A DNA stretch of 59,534 nt, filler included, from Basidiobolus ranarum (taxonomy: Eukaryota): NCBI GenBank assembly GCA_040143965.1. It is 5 parts of 5 records of this genome, joined end to end, with 100 filler letters (N's around TTAATTAATTAA, not from the genome) between each part and the next. Parts side by side here need not be neighbours in the genome. Positions count along the whole stretch, not along the records: positions 47,723 to 59,534 come from JASJQH010007462.1; 4 more parts are not named here. The stretch is one strand, 5' to 3'. Positions 50,861-59,534 of this stretch are shown here, one piece after another. A model generated the notes under the pieces. The model did no database searches, was not told the origin of the DNA, and saw nothing but the letters and a program-made list of their open reading frames with translations. Made by a program: the position numbers and the translations under genes. Numbering within the stretch: position 1 is the stretch's first letter; the number at the start of each line of letters is the position of its first letter.

Positions 50861-51248
50861 ACAAGCTAAACTCATGTTCCTGAAAGCTAATTATATATTA
50901 TAAAGAAATAGGGTTTTCACTCTTTACCAAATTGTATGGAGGGCCAGTGTTTGATTTTGAATGCTCCCAGCAGGAGTGAGTCCTAGTAACAATCTATTTA
51001 TTGCTATAAGACATACTTCCTATCTTGGAAATATTGATGATTTCAACTTTGATCTATTTAGGATGTATTTAAGCTTAAATAATAGTAAAAATTGAATAAA
51101 TTAGCTACAATATATTGAAGACTAAAGCAACTATATGTAGACAAGCTCCTATAGCATTGCAATTACAAGTGTATTATATTTTGCAATTTAATTTATTAAA
51201 AGTACAACTAGGACGTGACAGTGGGTTCTGATGCAATGAGTGATAGAC

Positions 51249-52163
51249 TTACTTCTTGAGTTCCCAGACACTACCCTGATCCTCGTGCAGAGCTTCATCT
51301 GGGCTCCACTTGATTAAAGACTCGAATACAGCACGTCCCGCCTTCTCTTCAAGATCAGGAACGATAGTGTGATCGATAAATTGGTTAGTCACTCTATCAG
51401 CGAACACCATCATGGATGCTCCACAGTGGATACTCTGGTTATTCTTCTTCTCAGTTAACGGAGCCGAGGTTGTACAATGTGCAAGGTGATAAAGCATAAA
51501 AGTCTCCATCTCAAGTGAAACAGCGGTGGGTAGTTCCTCACGAATAACCTGGAACAGGTTCTCTTTGGCATCAACGAAGTTCTCGTCCACACGTCCCTGA
51601 GATGAGTAAAATGAATCTGCGGTGATGTTCACTCCGTTATGAACCTTTTCTTCACCGAATACCTGGGTTAATTCCTGAGTCAAGAGATTAGATAAGGTTT
51701 CATCTGCTGGGAATTCCATGGAGATGTCGTATGGCTTTTGGACCTTCGAATTGGGTGCAAAGTAGTTGTAGTTACGAGTGAGTGCGACAGAGCTGGTGGG
51801 AACCATAAACTCCCCAGGCTTAGCTCCATTCAATGAGCCACATGAGCCGAGACGAATGATGCACATGGGTCCATCGACCACTGCACGTACCTCACGTACA
51901 AAGAAATCCATCATGGGGATTCCCATACCAATAGCTACGATACTGACTGGAATTCCCTTATAACGACCGGTTGCGGTGTAGAAGCCTCTGTGAGAACTCA
52001 TCTCGAACACAGGATATTCCGAGTCAAGGAATTGGGTAAGACGTTTAGCACGGGCTGGATCTCCTACAGTGATCATGCGATTGGCAGCCTCCCCACGCTT
52101 TAACTCTACGTGGTATGTGCGACCGTCAAGGGAGGTAGGAAAGTTGGCATTAGCGAAAACCAT
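51249..52163 (-). CDS. Uridine phosphorylase / PNP-UDP family nucleoside phosphorylase
   Basis: ITVGDPARA, SHRG, GMGIPMMD, IIRLGSCGS, TADSFYSSQGR and LEMETF motifs; intronless 304-aa ORF. Confidence 0.92.
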   Translation of the reverse strand: MVFANANFPTSLDGRTYHVELKRGEAANRMITVGDPARAKRLTQFLDSEYPVFEMSSHRGFYTATGRYKGIPVSIVAIGMGIPMMDFFVREVRAVVDGPMCIIRLGSCGSLNGAKPGEFMVPTSSVALTRNYNYFAPNSKVQKPYDISMEFPADETLSNLLTQELTQVFGEEKVHNGVNITADSFYSSQGRVDENFVDAKENLFQVIREELPTAVSLEMETFMLYHLAHCTTSAPLTEKKNNQSIHCGASMMVFADRVTNQFIDHTIVPDLEEKAGRAVFESLIKWSPDEALHEDQGSVWELKK

Positions 52164-55100
52164 GTTTGAATATTTTTAGAAAGAACTGATAATACGTTTA
52201 TTGTTTAGATGTGGGCCGAGATGGAATATTTATACAAGCCTCATTCTACCTTTTTTCCTTCAGCTCTTCCTGGGCAATTCGCCCCACTGGACACATTAGG
52301 AAACTCCCAATTTCGTATTATTTTCTCACATCCAATTACCAATCATTGATGGGATCGAATTCTCATGAGCCTGTGAATTCCATGAAAAATGATGGTAACA
52401 AAGAACAATCTCGAACTGCTCTGGCTACACGGGGTATTCTATAGATTACTCTAAGTATTTAATCCTCGCAATACATGTTTGCGTTATGATTATGGAACGT
52501 TCCTGAGGGAAATGGATTCCAGGTTTGCCCGAAAGCTTGTCCCACTCAACGTGAATTTCAATGCTACTCTTTTTGTATATCAAATCTGGAGTAGGGCTCA
52601 CGTCTCACCAACGAATCGAATTATTGGATTCTGAGATTGAGGTTGAGGCTGAAGCTGAGGCTGGATGCACTTATTTCGACAAGAATTTAGCTCCAATAAG
52701 TTGTACTCTCATGTATGTCAAGACCGGGAGTTCATTGTGAACAGATCCGGAGTCCATTATTGAAATATGTTGGCGGTTCGATCCGATCCAATCCAATACA
52801 ATCCCCTTCATCATTCCAGAAGAGCATATGAATAGATGGATTACAACAAGGTGGTTTGGCCGATTTCGGAGAGAAGTTATGGCGACCAAGATGCGATTGC
52901 TTAGTAATAGCCTTGAATCATAACCATAACCCTAGCCCTAACATGTATACAGGTGATAATGAAATGTCTTTTCGTGTTGGATGGAACCTACTTGACAACT
53001 CGGAGGGGAGTTGAACCGTTTACTCTGTTGGCCAGGCTGGGACCAATAGCTGAAGGAGTGAAATTATTGCGTCTATCTATAAGCGCATCATTAATTATTT
53101 TTATTTTGGAATAATTTAGTAATAAAATTCCGGAGCCCGGGCATTGGCTATTGATGGCGGTGAATTTTCCACCAATCTATATTCACTGGTAGACTCTAGG
53201 TAAGATTCATGTATGGCGAGAGCGTTGTTACGTGTGAATCTAACCTCCCATGCCTTAGGCTTAGTACTATTTCTGATCCTTAATTTCACTTCCTTTCACT
53301 TGTAAACTTGCATCACTCACTTGAGAGAAGGAAATGTATCCTATAGTGATTCCTATACATCTTGTGGGATATAGAGACTCTGTGTGACTGCATATTCATC
53401 CACACGCTCAAAAGAATCCCCCTCCAATTACGCACAATAGAGTCCTACAGTGGAGAAATCAGATTGGCCTCTCGATGGTAATTGTTAGAAACGAGCACCG
53501 ATGTTATATCGTGCAGATTGGGAGAAGTGATAGGAATGTTGAGAAAATCGTCAAATCAACAGAATATATCAACTACCTGATAGATTTTCAATTCACCATA
53601 TATGAACATACAACAGTCCCATCCCCCGCAAAACTTGTCGAAAGAGAGCCGTGCATATTGGAGGTGATTATTGAAATTGAAATGGGGATTGCCGTGATTC
53701 CACATTATAATCATTCTGCATCTTATACTCTCCCCTCTTTACGATCCCTACTTTCAGGGCAGATTTGGCTTTCCAACATTCTGTTATCATCCTTCCAGTC
53801 AATCGGATTGGGTATTTTTCTAACTCGAGCCCTCAATCAAAATGACGGCCTTTCTGTACCAAGGGTTCCGAGTCTTGTTCAGGAATACATTCTAACAGCA
53901 ATACAAACTAAGAAAGTTCTATAGATATTGTACGGAAAGCTCGAGATTGGTCGTTAGAACAGCCCATATTGGTACCGTCAGAATCCAATCAATTTTGAGT
54001 TGGTTGGAGCTAATCATCGTATAATATAACAACATACATAAACCCCAGTTTAGTAAAAAATTGGCTACAATTTTTAGTGATTTCCCTAAGAATATCCGAG
54101 TAAAATTGAGCCAGCTTGAATACTTCTCTTTTTATGCATAATAAAAAGTCGACTACCCAATGAAGTAAGCTATAGAAATATTTACTTTTTTACTAATTCA
54201 ATAGGAGTTTAACTGTTGATCTAAAGTTTGAATTCTGCTTGTCCCGTAATTTAATTAAAACCCCTTCTACACAAATTACGCCTTGAAAAGCTGCAATATC
54301 TTCACTCAAGTGCCCTTAAACTACCTATTTTTTGATAGAATCAATGCACGCGAGAGCTTTTTTCCTTTCCTCCCATTGAGATTTCTTTACTATCCATCCC
54401 TCTAGTTATCTATTTAATAGAAATATTTATACTTCAAGGAATTAACGCTTATTGAATAGAGAGTACGCGTTTAGTACTCAGTGTGAGTAACAGTAAGAAA
54501 ACTTTGTAGTATGAATTCCTCAGTTTATGACTTGAAGTAGTTCTCCAAGTATGAAGAGAAGCAATATCCGCACTGGGGTATGCATTTCTTGAGTGATATA
54601 GGGGAGTGTTATTGTACTTGAAATGCGTAGACCTGAATCATCAAGTACCCGATTAAGGCCAAGTCTAGTGTAGTCAACTTCAATTTTCTGGTGTATTATA
54701 TTTTGTGCCGGTAGCAACTAATAAGAGCACACAACAAAGACTTTACTTGTCTAAGTAGATAAGATAAGCTTCTTACAGAAAATACATACCAAAGAGTAGA
54801 CAGTGAATAAATTGATTTTTCCATCAAGGGCATATTGAACCAAAGGCTACGAGATTTTACTACTGCATTCGAACATGCATAAGAGCTCAGAGTTTTAGAG
54901 TCCATTGCGCACTTGATCAGTCGGTAATGGGATTCTTGGTTATGCATGACACTTAGTTTCACGAAGAATTGCACACCTTCTACTTAATAATATCTCTAAT
55001 GAAAAACATCAAATGAACTTTGTAATATTACACAGGAAGGTGGAGATGGAGGATTGCACGCTGCTATACATGTCCCGTAATTTTCTTTATGATACACTAC

Positions 55101-55771
55101 TTGTTTATCCTCGCCTTTCTGCTGTCCATCTTTGCGGAGAACAAAAAATGTTTTCACTCGTTCGCAATCATCACTTGACATTAAGAGGAATAAAATACCA
55201 TTATTTTACCATAAAGGATGATAATTAGTTTTTGCACATTTTGATTTTGAGTTCTGTTGCAAATCTTAATAATTCTTATCTCCAGTGACGAAATGCTTAT
55301 TGCTGATATCACTCAATCAGAGAAATGCGAGTAATCGTGACGTTTTATGCTACCTTTATTCTATTAGAGTGCAGGTTCAACATTCAGTGCAACTTAATAA
55401 TTGAAGTGTGCTGTTACTTTGATTTCATTAAAGAGAGGTGCATTTTGCTTTCTTTTTTATATATTAATTCCTCATGAATATAGAAGATCAGCACAAACTA
55501 AATTTAGAATCATAAGGCACTGAAAACTCCTATATTAAGTATAAGTAGTATTGTTAATGGAGGGCCTTTCAGACTGGCAGAGGTTGGGCGTCGGTAGTGA
55601 GGCAATCGTGGAACTGTAAGTACTGTGTAATCAAAATAGTGGACCAAGGGCTACCTATTTTTGGTACGAACTGAATCTCTGAATATTTCGTTGATGCCTT
55701 TCTAAAAATAACTACCTCTACTTACATAAAATGCCACCCTTGAAACCTGAAATCAAGAAAAATAGTCTAAT

Positions 55772-56361
55772 ATGAGAATCTTGATCAACGTACTTGCTTT
55801 CGTCGCTCTTTTCACCCTTAATGGTGAGGCTGTATTGTCTGGAAGAAAGCCTGCCGGTATCGCTTACAAGGAATCTTTTGCGGACTCGGATGATCGTTCA
55901 CCAGTAGTTGACGGCAAATATACCACTGTATTCAAAAACTATCCCGCCGCGTCCATCCTCATCACCAGCAAGTGGTAGATATATAAAGCACTATATAATT
56001 TCATTCGCCCATAACCATTACTAATATTTGCTCAAGTGGTACCAATAAAAAACTTCAAGGATCAATCACCGCTCTCAGCAGTACTGCCACTAACTTGGAC
56101 CAGCTTCAGCAGCATGGATACAGTAATGGAACTGCTGCTGGATTCTATCTTAAGAAGGGTAATCGGGCAATCCTAGAGGATATAGTTGGCTATGCCGATT
56201 CTACTGCTGTTTACATGAGTGCCACTAATGGTGATTCATATTGGTGTAAGCCCGGAGGTAAAGTTATCATATAGAACGCAGCAACTTGGTAATCATTCTA
56301 ACTATGATTTTCGTAAGGTTTTGGTGAAGAACTTGCTAGTGTTACCTTGAAGAAGTTGTAA
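55772..56361 (+). CDS. Small secreted protein of unknown family (about 155 aa, 2 introns)
   Basis: Signal peptide MRILINVLAFVALFTLNGEA. Exons 55772-~55971, 56037-56257 and 56318-56361 join in frame; the introns carry CTAAT/CTAAC branch sites. Confidence 0.75.
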
Positions 56362-56651
56362 ATAATTTACTCTATCGCAACTACCTCAATTTATCTCTGT
56401 TGAACTTATCGCTAGGTATATTGTCACAGTTCCTTCAGTATTAAAAATAAACTGAGCTGGGACTATAGTGGACTTTCAAGCACCTAATAATGGTTATGGA
56501 ATTACTCATAACTAGAGCCATTATGCTAACTGACTCGATTTAACATATGTACGTTTAGAGAAAATGTATATTCAATTTCTTACTTTGAAATCTATTCTCT
56601 GCGTTCTCAGAAATCGTAAGTAATATCAATAGAGCAGTGTAAGCTAGGCCT

Positions 56652-58430
56652 TGTTAAAGTATTTGGGAGCCTGTTGGAAGTGGTTTGGAGAATTAGAGAA
56701 ATTGGTGGCTTCCACCTATTGATTTATTGAGTAGAAAGTTGACATTTATAGTTTTGTCAAGACGTAAACAAACTAACATGTAGAGTGTGTCAAGGAAGTT
56801 CCCAGGAACATGTGTGCAAAGTTTGGGCCTTCTAGCACAAGTTTGAAAAATCTATATGTCTGAGAACTTCTAAGTTGGTGTCAATATTCTAAGTAAATTC
56901 TGATTAAGAATAATGGATAATATCTTAGTGAATTATAGGATAACTAAGTACTAAGCTATATATGACTATATAGGTGCTTAGGCAATGCTAATTTCAACAC
57001 TCTCCCTCAACTAAATAGTAATACAAACTAATCCTAACCAAGGTCTAAATTTCTCAAATTTCTGTCTAGCTATGGTTTGGTCAACTTAACAGCAATCATT
57101 TCTTCTGTAGAACAGTTAGTTAAGTCAATAAATGTATTTTCTATAATCTCTCTAATGAAGTGATGTCTAATATCTATATGTTTGCTTCTATCATGAAACA
57201 TGGGATTTTTAACTAATTTGATACAACTTTGATTATCTTGAAATATTGTAGTTGGTGTATTTTGAGAACAACCTAAATCTGTTAAGAGTTTTCTTAACCA
57301 CATTGCTTCTTTTGTTGCTTCACAGGCAGCCATGTATTCTGCATCTGTTGTTGAAAGTACTCCAGTAGGTTATATCTTTAAATTCCAAGAAATAACTCCA
57401 TTACAGCAACAAAATAGCTATCCTGTTGTAGATCTCTGGTCTTCAATATCTCTTCCCCAATTTGCATCTGAATATCTCATTAGATCAAAGTATGATCCAG
57501 AATATGCATATTTTAAGCACAGACCCACAGTACCTTTCAAATATCTGAAAATCTGCTCAACTACTATGAATTGATCAGATCCAAAATTTTAAAGATATTG
57601 GCACATAACTACCACAAAATATGCAATATCTGGCCATGTTCCAACCATGATTTACATCAGACAACCACCATAGATTGATAAGGAAATTTCTGACTTTCAT
57701 TTGAATCCAAAAACATCTGATTTAAGCCATTTTTGTCAAGTAAAGATTTGTCGCCATTGGGGTGGATACTAGATTACATTCTTCCATTTTGAATTCCTTT
57801 AGTATATCTAGGATATACTTAGATTGGTTTAAAGTAATTGTTCTGATAGTTCTGTCCATCTTAATTTGGATTCCAAGATAGTATGTCAGTTAACCAAGAT
57901 CAGTCATTTTGAATTTAGTAGATAAGCTGGATTTGGTTTTCTCCAAAGTCTTCAAGTCATGGTTGCTATAATAAGCTCATTTACATATAAGGCTAATAAA
58001 ACATGGTTTGTCTTATCTGGCCTGTATTAGTTACTATAGTCAGCATTACTCTTTTGGAATTTGAGTGTTTCCAAAAAAGCAACTATCTTGCTATTCCAAG
58101 TGCTTGGAGATTGTTTCAAGCCATACAGTGTTTTCTAGAGTCTGTCAACTTATTTAGGGTTTTCTGGGTCCACAAATTATCTGGCTGGTCCATGTAGATC
58201 TTCTCAGCAAGTTCACCATTCAAAAAAGCAGTTATGATATCTATTTGATATATAATGAACTGATATTTAGCTAAAGTTACAAAAATGAATCCAATTGAAT
58301 TAAACTTTACTACAGGAGCAAAAGTTTATGTATAATCTATTCCTGTGTTTGGGAATAGATGTTGGCTACTAGTCTAGCCTTGTACCTTTCTATACTGCCA
58401 TTAGAGTTGTATTTATCTTTAAACACCTAT
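56652..58430 (-). mobile_element. Ty1/copia RT, RNase H, PPT and 3' LTR (family B, 56652-56999)
   Basis: VFKDKYNSNGSIERYKARLVA, AFLNGELAEKIYMDQP, LYGLKQSP, TWPDIAY, STTDAEYMAA and RSKHIDIRHHFIRE; PPT GTTGAGGGAGAG. Confidence 0.93.
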
Positions 58431-58737
58431 CCCTAACAGAAATTTGAGTATTGTTATCATAAGAAAACTATCACAATTTTAATCTATTGTTGATTGACTG
58501 TTTACTCACCATCATAAAATAGTCAAGTTAGATTTGATTTTAATCAATTTTTTCAGTTTCAGGAGTGAAACTTCAAGATCTTGGTAAATCAGCAAAAAAC
58601 CATTTTCAAAAGAAGGAACAGAGCCAAAGATTTATTGGATCTTCTTCATACACACTTATATAGCTCATAGCAAACTTTGACACAATGTAAGGGACAATCC
58701 CCAACAGAAATAAAATTGACTTGATCTGGATTGGATC
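58431..58737. mobile_element. Two stacked CCC-initiated element ends inserted in the copia RT
   Basis: Copia RT homology stops at CCCTAACAGAAAT (58431). CCCCAACAGAAATAAAATTGACTTGATCTGG at about 58699 matches the reverse complement of the copy A/B/C terminus. Confidence 0.55.
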
Positions 58738-59534
58738 TATTGGGAAAATAAGGGCTCTTGGGAGGAATTTTAGAAAAGTGGAGATGTGAATAGCTTTGTG
58801 AGATAATTATTTATTGTCCAGAAATAAAGCATTTATGCATTTTGGTGAAAATGCAAAAAACTAACACTGGGGTTGTGTTCAGAACATCTGTGGGAGTAGA
58901 ATGAGCTATTTTTGGGGCAATTTGGACAAGTTTGAAATCTCCAATATGGAATTGCTAATTCTCACATTATTCACAAATATATACAATATATGTTCCAATT
59001 TTAAGTTAAGCAATATTTGACTAAGTAATGTTAGCTAACCTATATGTGATATATGAAAAAGTTAGATGTATAAAGATAGAGATAACAATTATGATAAAGA
59101 CAATAAACTTCAACACTCCCACTCAACTAAATATTCGTATATCTTAATCCTACATTAAATCTTAATACTTCAAATTTTGGCTAGGGTAATGGTTTGTAAG
59201 GATGTCAGCAAGCATGTCTTCAGTTGAACAGTACTGTAGTTGGATGTGCTTATTCTCAATAGCATCCCTAACAAAGGGATGTTGAATGTCAATGTGCTTA
59301 CTTCTGGTATGAAATTTGGGATTTTTAGCTTAAGAAACACAACTTTGATTATCCTTGAAAATTATGATGGATGAACTTTGAGAAATGCCCAAGTCTTTAA
59401 AGAGTTTCCTTAGCCACATAGCCTCCTTTGTTGTATGTGAAGCTGCCATGTATTCTGCTTCAGTTGTTGAAAGTGCTATGGTTGGTTGTTTCTTGCTATT
59501 CCAAGATATGGCTGCTTCACTATAGAGAAAGGTA
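58738..59534 (-). mobile_element. Ty1/copia 3' end: RNase H, PPT and a different LTR (family C, about 58738-59115)
   Basis: ISWNSKKQPTIALSTTEAEYMAA, DNQS, RSKHIDIQHPFVRD and MLADILT; PPT GTTGAGTGGGAG before TGTTG. Confidence 0.88.

Noticed and set aside
52632-52665. GAGGCT/GAGGTT hexamer run
   Set aside because: A short degenerate microsatellite with no supported ORF.
53475-53924. 149-aa plus-strand ORF as a gene
   Set aside because: No recognisable motif, signal peptide or splice structure; a faint BTB-like hint on the minus strand was too weak to call.

Overview
Eukaryotic DNA from an early-diverging fungus; short GT-AG introns, a 7TM-RGS gene, a trypsin and a CAP gene suggest a Basidiobolus-like zoopagomycete (inference only). 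The window is not contiguous. Four identical 100-bp spacers (N44-TTAATTAATTAA-N44) join five contigs of 11852, 11837, 11819, 11814 and 11812 bp, apparently sorted by length. Contig 1 carries a SulP sulfate transporter (partial), a 7TM-RGS protein, an MFS/MCT transporter and GPD1. Contig 2 is entirely nested, CpG-depleted Ty1/copia and CACTA (EnSpm) relics. Contig 3 has a copia end, a CAP/SCP secreted protein, a decayed unknown gene, a solo LTR and a long gene-poor stretch. Contig 4 has MetRS (partial), a trypsin, V-ATPase B with a damaged 200-bp patch, a type I membrane protein with a GC-AG intron and a WC-2-like PAS protein (partial). Contig 5 has two overlapping fragments of a Fanzor1/TnpB-like RNA-guided nuclease gene, a BTB protein, a uridine phosphorylase-family gene, an orphan secreted protein and nested copia. 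The Fanzor relics are the most notable signal: one is fused in frame to a dioxygenase pseudogene, and the other carries a spliceosomal intron and candidate omegaRNA hairpins. All calls were made by eye, without database searches.
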